DNA of 64,000 nucleotides from Haliotis rufescens (Eukaryota): NCBI RefSeq assembly GCF_023055435.1, contig NW_025964223.1, positions 39,680,001 to 39,744,000 of the forward strand, read 5' to 3'. Shown piece by piece: positions 9,361 to 21,200 of this stretch (position 1 is its first letter; each line of letters starts with the position of its first letter). The notes under the pieces were generated by a model. It saw only the letters and a program-made list of their open reading frames with translations, ran no database searches and was not told where the DNA came from. The position numbers and the translations under genes were made by a program.

Positions 9361-11107
9361 ACTGACAGTAATTGGCAGTAATTAGCATTCCTCATCATTC
9401 ACTATCACCAAAGATCTGTTATTTTAGGAGTTTACCTGCTTTTCATTGGCAAACTGGTCTTTCATGGTTTTTCACTTGTGGCATCATAAACATTGCTTAA
9501 GTTGGGCAACCAATTGCCACGTATATTGGCCAACAAGTGGTAGTTGTCATTTAGGCCGGCAGCGGTAGTTATCATGTCCCTGCTAGCGGTAGTTGCCACG
9601 ATGTTTTTTACAACATTAGCTGCTATTTTCTCCAAGCAGCAGTAGTTGCTTCCAGGGCCAAACAGTGGAAGGTATCATGTCACTGGCGGCGGTAGTTGCC
9701 ACAATCCTTTTACAACGTTAGTTGCCTTAGACAAGCAGAGGGAGCTGCTCATTGACATTGACAGAGGTAGTTGCCACAGTAGCTTTTTGTGTAATTTACT
9801 AGAAGCTTAGTAGCACTAGGACCTGCACACCCTCAGCCCTGGTTGTTCTTATTGGCAAGGGCATCCTGTGTATGGTAACCCCCTCCCTTCTTTCCTCAGC
9901 ATAACGTGCAACAACTGCTATTTATTTCATTGGATATGTTTGGTGGTGGTGAAGGTGTGGCTATAAGGGGAGGTGGAGGCCACCTTTACTAGTTATTGTT
10001 TGCTTGTTAAAAAATAAATACAAATATGTCATTAGTTCGGTTTTACTGCACTCCTAAGCCATCATATTGAATCACTGGTGTTCATTGATAAGTATTTCAT
10101 AAAGCCAAGTTTACTTCACTTATACATCTCTCTCTTGCTATTACATTATTAAGGTACACACAACATGTATAATCTGCATGGTAAGTATATCAACAATGTG
10201 CAGACTGCCTGTTGTTTATTTGAACTGCCAGTAATTACCATGATTAGTGTTATTTTATTCAGTGGATATGTTTTGGTGGCGAAGGTGTGGCTATAAGGGG
10301 AGGTGGAGGCCACCTTTACTAGTAATTGTTAAAAAATAAATACAAATCTGCCAAATTTGGTTTTACTGCACAACTTAGCAGTCATAACAAATCACTGATG
10401 TTTATTGATATGTATAATGTGCATGGTAAGTATATATATCAACAATGTACAGACTGCCTGTTGTTTATTTGAACTGCCAGTAATTACCATGATTACTATT
10501 TTTTATTTCAGTGGATATGTTTTGGTGGTGAAGGTGTGGCTATATGGGGAGGTGGAGGCCACTTTAAGTGTAAAACAATGTATTTGTTTTCCCCTTGAAA
10601 TATCTGACACACAATTAATAAGACAACTTATTTTTTATGGACTTAATAAATACGATTTTAATTGCAGGCACAATTTTGTCTTATGTTTTTATTCCCCTAA
10701 TCAGTGAGTGAGTGAGTTGAGTTTAACTCTGCTTTAGCCAGTGTTTCAGTCATATCACACTGCGTCTGCTCAAAGTGACAGAGGCTTGTAGTGGTTTCCC
10801 ACTAATGAAATGCATAAGCACTGTACGAGGATGACAAGCTATGTATTATGATTGGTCTTTGAACCTGTGACAGGCAGGTCCTGGCATGATAAACACCACT
10901 GGGCCACACAAAGGACTGTCACTGGGGAGAGAATCAGTCAGAATGATTCCCATTTGACATAGTTTTCCAAATAACACAAATAAATGGGTCTTAATAAACA
11001 CTGTTTACCAAGATTCATCAAGATCCAATTCCATTAGTAGTGAGGTAACAATAAAACAAATATTATTTTAGCATGCCTCAAAGTGAGATCGAGAAATCAG
11101 AGTGCAG

Positions 11108-11479
11108 GTCCCCGATTGTTCAAAATTGTTCTGTGTGTTATACACATACTTGTAGTATCATTATAAGGACTAGGCCTAGTGGACAAAAACTGTTAGTTTC
11201 TAACACTGTTTCTAAGTGTCAAAATGGCTGCCCGTGACACTGCAGCGCTAGTTCCAGCTTATGTATATCCTTTGCATCAAGTTATTACCAAAGACGGGTT
11301 GATGAAGTAAGACCCTGTTGACAGGTTGGTGAGATAGCCTACAGATATTTACCGTCAGAACGCTTTCCTCGCTCTGCAATATTCAACATAAAACATCGAT
11401 GTTTTACGTGATCATTATTTACATATTTGTACTCCAGTTTATACCAGACATATGACCCATCCCATCCCCCACCCCCCTT

Positions 11480-11536
<57 letters not shown>

Positions 11537-12003
11537 TTCATTAAATCACTCACCTCTGTGAAATGTCCTCCCATGCTTTCTTCTTCATGCTGTTCGTCAA
11601 ATTGTTGCTAAACGACGAAAACAACACGTTTTTCTTCGACTGAACACCCTCTATTAGAAGGGCTAACTCACTGTTAGTCCAATTCTTACTCCTTGGGCGT
11701 TTCAATGTCAATGGTTGACTACAATCCATGATCGGTTGATAATACGACTGGCGTCGTCTGCTAATAGAGTTAAGGGATTCCCCTTGTAAATTAATGACGT
11801 CATTGGGGAAATCCCCCTATATTCTTACCTCCATCACAGGAGAGCGACAATCTTAATTTACGACAATGATCGTAAGACGATGAATTTACGAACGGATTAA
11901 GAACGCTTTGTGGATCGGTCGTAAATATTAGTAAAAGTATCTTAATTTCAATCGTAAACTCTTACGATATGTGTAAGTTACGAAGGCTTTGTGGATCGGG
12001 GCC
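11108..12003. mobile_element. Non-autonomous deletion derivative of the adjacent Harbinger element
   Basis: Flanked by CAG (11105-11107 and 12004-12006). Left end is a 9-nt TIR remnant, GTCCCCGAT. About 800 bp are homologous to 16432-17209, including Myb exon 1, the (CA)n tract and the full right TIR. Confidence 0.9.
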
Positions 12004-12192
12004 CAGGGCCCCGATCCACAAAGCCTTCGTAGCGCTACGAACATCGTAAAACCCGTCGTAACTTTATGACAAAAATCTTAAGCGATCCACAAAGCTATCT
12101 TAGTGAAAATATCTCGTAAAGTTAAGAGAAAAATTATGAGTGGTCAGTACCTATCGTAAATCAAGCATTTCTGTCGTAACTTTAGTATAAAG

Positions 12193-14353
12193 ATGGCGGC
12201 ATATTTTTTGCTTGGCATAGTAGAAGAAAAAGCAACACGATCACGACCAAGGGTGTTTCGAGACCGAACTCGAATACTTGACACGCTCGATGATGACAGC
12301 ATAATCCGGCGCTACCGGCTACCACGTCATGCCATATTTAAACTTATAGACTTACTGAAACCATATCTTGCTTCCGAAACAGAGCGTTCACATGCATTGT
12401 CCCCGGAAACACAGGTTTTGATTGCCCTCAGGTTTTATAGTAAGGGGTCTTTTTTCACTGAACTAGCAGACTTGCATGGGGTATCCCAGTCCACTGTGTC
12501 ACGGGTGTTTACCCGTACAAATGAAGCCATTGTCAAACAACTAAAACTGATTTCGTTCCCAAAGGCAACATCCGACCAACGTGTCACGAAGGAAGCATTT
12601 TATAACATTAGCAGATTTCCAAAAGTGCTTGGTTGTATAGATGGCACCCTCATACCTATCATGCGACCCACCGGGGATGAAGAAGCGGTTTACGTTTGCA
12701 GGAAGGGCTTCCATGCCGTAAACGTACAAGCTGTCTGTGACGCAGAACTAAGGTACATCACACTTCACAGACGTTAACAACAACACCCAGCAACATCCTT
12801 ATTTAACAATTGATAGGGTCAGTAAGAATCAATCATTTGTATACAGACGTAATAACAACATTATTCAGGGAAACATCGAAGGATACACACCTTGTTTACT
12901 CTCTTTAATGACCTTGACAATGACTAGTGGTGCCACCTACTCATTTTGTTGACCAATCATTACGTAAGGCCCAACATGGGTTTTGTCATGAGGTCCAATA
13001 CAGGTTTCTATTACCGTGCGGAATTACCATTGTGATAAAGGACGATTGTTTTAGTACTTAAAGCAATGCTCACTGCTGAAAAAATAAAGAATAAAGAAAA
13101 CTGTTAACAGCCAGTTGGACTATCACACACACACAGGGACTTGAGAAAATAACTTTAATATCGATTTATGAATGCATGGCTCATGGAAGAATTATAAATA
13201 TGTACATATAATCAAAAGGTTTACAAGTGTGGTTTCCAAGTGGCCTGGTTCAACTCATGATTCGTTCATGCTACAAAACAGCAAGATTGGGCAGTATATG
13301 GAGACTGCTGGGAATGACGGATGGCTGCTAGGCGATTCAGGGTAACAGCAAATCATTTGTGTAAACATAAGTTGTATTGTAACCACTACAGAGATATGAA
13401 AACACATAAACAAGAAGTTGATATTTTGTAACTTGGCACACAGAAGACGATACTGTAATCAAAATGTGATTTTCAGATTCCAATGTTTATTTCATATTAG
13501 TCACTTTAAAATATATTGATCATAAATTGAAAGCAGCGCCCATAAAATCTAGCTCTGCGTGAAAGTGATTTCCCCTTGTACTTAAACCCAAATTTCACAA
13601 TGTAGACTGACACCAATAAAATTGTCACGAAATGAAATAACATTTGAAGTGAAATATATAAGCTGGTATTTTAAGTTGTATTTCAATATTTAATGGTATG
13701 GTCAGTATGTTTAACAGAATTACAATTTTTACATCAGATATGCATGTCGCCCATGGCTGCTTACGCCAATAGTTAACCCTACAACACCGTCTGAGGAACG
13801 TTACAACACTGCACACTGCAGAACACGCAACACTGTGGAGAGGGCCTTTGGACTCCTTAAATCCAGGTTCAGGCATGTACATGTATATGTTCATCCCTTA
13901 TTCTACTCAAGCATATATATCATTTTTCAATATTTGAGACATTAGTATGGCATATGTTTGTGCTAATGACAGATTAAGATGTTATGCTTTAAGATAATAC
14001 TCATACTTTAAAGTAAATCAGAGATATGGTCTTTTAAGAATATTTCAAGTTTTACACATCATAATGCGACTAGTCTATCTTATCTGCATTCTGAACAAAG
14101 GGTAATGTTTGTGTTTATATACATTATTAGGTGCCTACATAAATCAGGTGGCTGCCTGCCATTCACCCCCCCAAAATGCCATCAAGTTGTGTATGCAACC
14201 TGTCAGCTGCATAACTTCTGCATCAGCCTAAGATTGCCAGCTCCTCCTACACAAGAAGACCTGCTCCAAGAAGATGGGATAGCTTACCTGGGACCTCTCA
14301 ATGACGGCCTCAAAGTCCGACAAGCTGTCGTCAATAACTGTTTCTCTAAATGA
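12193..14353 (+). CDS. Harbinger DDE transposase (HARBI1-like family), 4 exons, 346 aa
   Basis: Exons 12193-12752, 13219-13341, 13738-13872, 14131-14353 join in frame (1041 nt). Motifs [66 protein letters not shown]. Intron 3 has a GC donor. Confidence 0.93.
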
Positions 14354-14454
14354 TTGTATGATTAAGATAAACGACTTTTTGTAACCGATGATAAATGACA
14401 ACAGAAGCTACATTATCAGTATGAATTTTTATATTTGGGAAAATTAATCAAAGT

Positions 14455-16702
14455 TTAAAGGAACTGAATAACTGGTGATACATTCAGTTGACCAGAGTGG
14501 CCAGCTTCCAGAGAAATGATGTAGGCCAATTTCTGTTCTTCCACATGTAATCTCTTTTTTTCGACCTCAAGAAGCTCTTTCAGCACATTCAGTTTCTCCC
14601 TCTCTATGTTCAGAATGTTATCTTTGTCTGAAAGAAATTTTCATTTTACATAACACAAGTCTCACAGCAACAGTTATGTCTCGTCCATCTTCATACAAAC
14701 TTTATCAAAACAAACATCAGGGTTTCTTGAGTAAATTACATTTTTTCTCTTTCTATCATTTCAAATTTGATGTATTGCTGTACATACCACTGAGAGTCTT
14801 TGTGGCCTTAACATGTGAAACTGCATCAACTGTATTAAAGAAACAAATCATTTAACTGAGACATGTGAATGTTGTATTTAAAACATATACACAGGAATAT
14901 TAAGTAAACACCTCTCTCCCTATAATACATAATACATAAACACATACAGAGATTGGAAATACAATTAAAATCCATGAACTGTATTTCTAAGAACTGTGAT
15001 GTTGTTTACATGATTTCATCTTATCTTGTGGTAGGTATACCTGCAATAAACTATCACAGTTGCAAATCTCTCCCCACCCAGAACCTTGAAAGTTTTATTA
15101 AATTTATTGTGCAGTATTTCCATTATGTATATGGTAATACCTTGAGGAACATCATCTGCCGACATCACACTCTCTGAGTACATGATGTATGTTGGTGGCA
15201 CAAAGGCCCCATCACAAGGCAAGTCCTGCAGGGCTTGAAGAGTCTCTGGAAAAACTGGAGTTGCTGGGGTAGTGTCTGTAAGTAATATGATACATGTAGT
15301 TCCAATTTACCAATTTCTCTGCAATGAAAAGAGGCAAAATCTACAAAAAGTATGGTTATTCATGGAACTATTAATCCAATTTCAAAATCAACTTTAAGTT
15401 TATACTTCATCTTTTATCTTACATGATCACAATTACCTTTACTGTATGAGATAATCTATAATATATCTGACATATGGTCATTAACATAAACTATGAGACC
15501 GGTTAAGTAAACAACTGCACATACAGCCATTCACACAACCAATTATGCAACTTACTTTCATATTCTTCACTTTCAAGGCCACCCTCACAGCCTTGAATCG
15601 AGCAGGGAGGTATGAATGATACAACCTGAAATCAATATTTCTTTCAATGCATGTTACAATGTTAATGTTCTCTGTAATAAGGAATGAAGTACTTTACCTA
15701 ATAACTTATTGGTCAAAAGATTACCTGTTTGTTATAATCACAATCTATCTGCTCCTTTAAGTGCTTTTCATATAAATTGTAAAATTACAATTCAACAGCA
15801 ACTATATTCATTTGTATTTGTTGAGTACTCATTATGCCCACATATAAGAAAAAAAAAACACCCAATGATATAGCATTTATGAAATTCAAGATTGAAAAAG
15901 AAACTGTAGGCTCACCCGCTGTTCCATTTCAGTTAGGCTGGATGGTGGAGGCCCCCCACCGGTTCTCGTTGCCTCCCTCCTTCTTTCAGCTTCTTTTTTC
16001 CTTGTTTGACTCCTGACGGAACAAAATGTATAAATGAGCAAACACACCTCGTATTATCATTATCTATAAAAAAGTACCAGTATAAACAATTTTAATTTAT
16101 ATTTAATAACAGCTAAATATCAATGTTTCACAGAACATGAACATGTATGTCAGGATAAGCATATGTTTTATACCATGCAATGAGTAATTGTTTACATAAA
16201 ATAATGTTATGTTCTAAATTGTATACACATACTTGTAGTCCATCCACTTCTTTTTAACATCTTTGGTCAGTCTCTTGACACCACTGTTTGCACTGATGCT
16301 GAAACAAGATCAGTGAACTTTAATAAATTGTCAAGAATAACAGTAATAGAGTGAAGGGTTAGAACTCCAAAATCCCAGCAACATAATGTATCGAGAATGT
16401 CTCGTCTAAAATACGGAGAGAGTGGTGTCCCTTTCTAAGTGTCAAAATGGCTGCCTGTGACACTGCAGCGCTAGTTCCAGCTTATGTATATCCTTTGAAT
16501 CAAGTTATTACCAAAGACGGGTTGATGAAGTAACACCATGTTGACAGGTTGGTGAGATAGCCTACAGATATTTCCGTCAGAATACTTACCTCGCCCTGCA
16601 ATATTCAACATAAAACATCGATGTATTACGTGATCATTTTTTACATATTTGTACTCCAGTTTATACCAGACATATGACGCCCCCCCCCCCCCCCCCCCCC
16701 CT

Positions 16703-16741
<39 letters not shown>

Positions 16742-16934
16742 TTCATTGAATCACTCACCTCTGTGAAATGTCCTCCCATGCTTTCTTCTTCATTCTGTTC
16801 GTCAAATTGTTGGTAAATGACGAAAACAACACGTTTTTCTTTGACTGTACACCCTCTATTAGAAGGGCTAACTCACTGTTAGTCCAGTTCTTGCTCCTTT
16901 GGCGTTTCAATGTCAATGGTTGACTAGCATCCAT
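14455..16934 (-). CDS. Harbinger Myb/SANT-like DNA-binding protein (NAIF1/MSANTD-like), 7 exons, ~252 aa
   Basis: Exons 16934-16759, 16298-16233, 16012-15916, 15625-15556, 15275-15141, 14829-14788, 14627-14455, all GT-AG and phase-compatible (759 nt). Reads KRQRSKNWTNSEL...KKKAWEDISQ...DVKKKWMDYK...TGGGPPP, with a C-terminal coiled coil LNIEREKLNVLKELLEVEKKRL. Exons 5-6 are less certain. Confidence 0.85.
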
Positions 16935-16981
16935 GATCGCTTGATATAGATACGACTGGCGTCGTCTGCTAATACAGTGAA

Positions 16982-17022
16982 GGGATTCCCCTGTAAATTA
17001 ATGACGTCATTGGGGAATCCCC
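16982..17022. promoter_or_regulatory. kB-like / CRE / kB-like motif cluster upstream of the Myb gene
   Basis: GGGATTCCCC (16982-16991), TGACGTCA (17002-17009), GGGGAATCCCC (17012-17022), 48-88 nt upstream of the Myb ATG. Retained in the derivative at 11774-11816. Confidence 0.4.
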
Positions 17023-18010
17023 CTATATTCTTACCTCCATCACAGGAGAGCGACAATCTTAATTTACGACAATGATCGTAAGACGATGAATTTACGAACG
17101 GATTAAGAACGCTTTGTGGATCGGTCGTAAATATTAGTAAAATTATCTTAATTTTAATCGTAAACTCTTACGATATGTGTAAGTTACGAAGGCTTTGTGG
17201 ATCGGGGCCCAGAACTACTGACCCACACATGAGCCCCTATGCCGTCAGTAAAAATCCAAGATGGTTGTTACTGACCTAATAATGTGACGTGTACCGTCAG
17301 TAACAGCCATTTTGGATTTTCCAACACCCACGGCACATATTTCACATGAAAATTCTGGTACAGAAGTTCGTTATTCGACACTTTTCAGTGTTTTAATATT
17401 ATTAATTTTGATGTGCAAGGAGGTTAATATTTTTGTGGATCACCGTCATGATAAAGAGTATATAAAGTTAAAATTATCAACAAGGTTTGGCCTCTGGGGC
17501 TTGAAGAGTAGTCTCCCTTTGATCCTTAACGTTGTTAGTGTTAAGTATTGAGTTTTAAGTTTTGACATGATGTGCGACAAACATACCAAATAGTGTAAAC
17601 TTTTCGGCATAATAAAATCGTTATGGTGTCTTTAGTTGCCGTATACGGTGTCATATTAAGTTAGCAGAAAGATATTAGGCTCGGCTGACGCTTCCCGCTA
17701 TTGAAATGCATGAGCACTGCTATGAGGCTGGCAGGCTACATATCATGATTTGAACAAAAGTGGGCTGGTCAAAGAACCTTATCATTAAATACAAGCATGC
17801 TGTGGAGTATTTATGCCATTCCTGTAAGCTGCCTTGAGTAGGAAACAAAATATATAGCAGGAAAACCTTGCCTAGAATCATCAACACAGTGCTAAAACTC
17901 TCTCTGTGTGCACGAAAGTGTTGATAGTGTTAAACAATAATTATATTTTTACCCTTAACATCTTTTACATGACGACAATACATTATGTATTCACACTGTT
18001 AAGGCGGGTG

Positions 18011-18283
18011 GGTGAGTGAGTGAGTGAGCTGGGTCAAACACCGCTCAAAACAGTATTCCAGTGTGTCGGCTTAGTGTGGGAGGAAAGCCCATGGGGATGC
18101 AGGTCTCAGACGTTTACCACTTTGGTGAAACCCAACGAGCATGGGTATGGTGCTGAGAAACCTAGAAACATAACCGGGGTGAACCGGAATTAAATCCACG
18201 TCTGTAGGTGTCGGGCGTTTCTAAGGGACGCAACTCTGCACAGCGAATTGCGGCGCCTCAGACAACTGGTCCACCCTTGTCCC
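18011..18283 (-). mobile_element. Old tRNA-headed SINE relic with (ACTC)n tail
   Basis: (GTGA)n at the left end; the minus strand begins with a degenerate tRNA-like head (GGTGGACCAGTTGTCTGAGGCG...). Copies at ~1200-1455, 27613-27885, 38226-38500, 47712-47983, 61992-62263. Confidence 0.5.
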
Positions 18284-21200
18284 ACCACTGATAAAAGTGA
18301 ACCTATGAGACTAAAGTACACAAAGCAATAAACGTCAAACCTCAAAAATCACACAGATGATGATACTATCACAAATCTATTGCTGTAGCCTTTCGTGAAA
18401 GTTTACACACCAATTATTTCTTTAATAGTCAATGAAGCGTACATAAACTTGGTTATTGCAGGGAAGTGTTTAGTTTACATGCTGGAATTCAAGGTGTCTT
18501 TAAACATGTAGTTGATATTTAGGTCTTCAGCAACCGCTGCTTGCTGTAAAAGGCGACTGTGCTTGTGGTAAGAGGCGACTAACGGGATCGGACGGTCAGG
18601 CTGACTGCATGACTTGGTTGATGCATGTCATCGACCCCAATTGTGTGGATTGATGCACATGATATCAATCACTGCACTGTCTGCGACGTTAAACAACAAA
18701 CAAACAAACAAACAAACAAACAAACAAATATTATACCTGGAAACATTGAAAGGAGGAGGAAATCGTGAGCACAGTGTTTTGGCGTGATTCCATTTATTAA
18801 CGTGCAAATTATCATTATAATTACAAACTAATTACAAACATGTTATCCTGAACAAAATGCAATAAGACAAATAAATGTTAGATTTTTCTCTGGTAAATAA
18901 AACAATTTATGAGTAATATATTTTACAATAACTACGGTAATTGTGTTTTCATATTAGCATAGTTTATAAACCTAACTCATATACAGAAAACACAGTGTGA
19001 TATTGAAACAATACCAAACATGTAACTATCATAGTCATACAGTATAAATGACACCAAAGGCTCCCAGTACATAGGGATTACAAGTGTGGGCATTCATTTT
19101 ACATATTCATCGAAAGCTAAGTGCACCTCATATATGCAACATGATTTCAACTAAATGAACAAATATACATGTAAATACACCAATAAACCATTAAATAATG
19201 CACACACATATATAAAGTAAAAATAATGACTCTGTGAACCTGCTTACCTTGAACAGAGAAGGAACCTGTGAGCACAGTGTTTGAAAGTGACGTTAACGCG
19301 GCGATAAACATGAAAAAACCAAGCCAAAGATGGAAAGAAATATAATCATCAATACTCTAAGTATATCACTGCTGCCTGGACATAATCGTCTGGGTAGAAG
19401 TCCCAGTGGTTGATACCATGAGCAATGATACAGCTGTCAGTTTACGATGACGCACCATTAACAAGGTCATATTCACAGTCCAAAAGTCAGAAAACCTGAG
19501 TCCAACAATATACTTTTGTCTTGCAAGTTAGTATATGATAACGGTATGTCATGTTTGTTTGACATCCATGTCAGCAGTCTGCAGTCTGTGTTTAAGTTTG
19601 TTTGTTTGTTTGTTTGTTGTTTAACGCCGCACTCAGCAATATTCCAGCCATATGACGGTGGTCTGTAAAAAATCGAATCTGAACCAGACAATCCAGTGAT
19701 TGATAACATGAGCATGGATCCACGCAATTGGGATACGATGACATGCATCAACCAAGTCAGCGAGCCTGACCACCCGATCCCATTAGTCGCCTCTTACGAC
19801 AAGCATAGGTGCAGAAGACGTATTCTAACCCGGATCTACACGGGTCGGTATGTCATGTAAGTGAGTGGGTGACTTTTAACGCCGCATTATACAGTATTTC
19901 AGTTATACAAACGGTGTGTCTGCTCAGAATGGGAGGAAATCCAGAAGTGATGCAGGTCTGAGACTATTACATTTTGTAAAAGCCCACAATCACAGTGTGG
20001 TATTTACAAATAAAGGACATAATACTTGGGCCTATTTGGGATTCATTTTGTCAGAATAAGAATTGTGTATATAAATAGGGGCGTGTTTATTTAATTATAT
20101 GTATGTAACCATGGCGATTATGTTTCGCTTTTACACTTACACACAAATATGAATGTAATCAGTCCCGTGTATACGGACAGCCGTATCGGAACCAATGGCG
20201 GCAAATGTAGGAAGTCGGCACTTCTAGTATAATAAAACGATGAAGGTGACCCATTCGTCTAATGTACCGCAGGGTTGAAGCCTCCGCCTCCTCTCTCTCT
20301 CTCCCCCTCCCCCCCCCCCCCCCCCCCCCCCTTTCCGCCTAGACGCTAGGGTCGAGTTAAGAGGGTTTCGTTTGAGCCTACTACATCGGCTTCATGCACC
20401 AGCTTAATTTTATGCCGGTTAAAAAACGAATGACACTTTTTAAAAAAAAATGATATTATTAATTCCTTGAACAGAAGTCAGTGTAGATTTTATGGCCACT
20501 GTTCAAATCCCCAGAAAATGTACGTGTATTATGTACTCATTTCTTTCACCTGTTTCTTTATTCAGATAATTCAGTTTAAATAATCAACCCAGACTGACAA
20601 GCATGGGGAACCACTTATACATCCGATCGTCTTTAGGCACTTTCTCAAATATTCTTCACAAAAGACTTTTGATACAGACAACTGACTCTTGTATTATTTT
20701 GAATAAACATTTTCTTCAATCTTCATCGGCACCGTCATGTCACGTTTAAACCTAAAAGAGACTAACTCCTAATATCGCTAACGATTGTCATTGATGTTGC
20801 GCGATAATTTGCGGGTCTTCGTGTGAACGAGTTGACTAGTTTCCTTTCCGCCAGGCTCCGTCTCTACATGTTACAAAGTTGACGCAGCGCACAGAGAGTC
20901 GGCAACCAGCAGTACATTTTATTTAAATGTAAGTTTTATTTTGCGATTATGATTTATATAATGTTCTACTGGACATAGAGGCATATTTCCATTGTGAATA
21001 CAAAAAACTTTTGGTTCAAATCTATTTCCGGTGTTGCTACGGTAACAGTTCAAAACAAGTTCAAGACCCGGCTCTTACGATTCTTCGTTGACAGAAGTGT
21101 ATCGTTGCTATTTCAGTTGTTATTTTAACAGATTTCAGAGACCTGTTTGAGTTCAAGTGGCTTCTTGTTTCTGCAGACAGGTTTGTAGATGTTATTTTGT

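Larger units (their letters stand above)
12007..17209 (+). mobile_element. Full-length PIF/Harbinger DNA transposon (5203 bp)
   Basis: Perfect 25-bp TIRs GGCCCCGATCCACAAAGCCTTCGTA. 3-bp CAG TSD (12004-12006 / 17210-17212). Empty site GAGAG-CAG-AACTAC in the other units (e.g. ~26850). Multiple subterminal TCGTAA/TTACGA motifs and two convergent genes. Confidence 0.97.

Noticed and set aside
11339-11533. CVCVCV and poly-Gly ORFs (also 16471-16779 and 60079-60435)
   Set aside because: Translations of (CA)n and poly-C/G microsatellites.
12193-14353. Domesticated host HARBI1 gene
   Set aside because: It lies within perfect TIRs and a TSD, has a Myb partner and is absent from sister units, so it is a transposon gene.
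15016-15050. An extra Myb exon at acceptor TTTATTGCAG (~15040)
   Set aside because: In the required phase it hits a stop after six codons and would remove the coiled-coil exon. It could at most be a minor isoform.
2208-19090. The 10-kb unit as a Helitron or Maverick
   Set aside because: No Rep/helicase, polB or integrase coding remnants and no identifiable termini in the unit.
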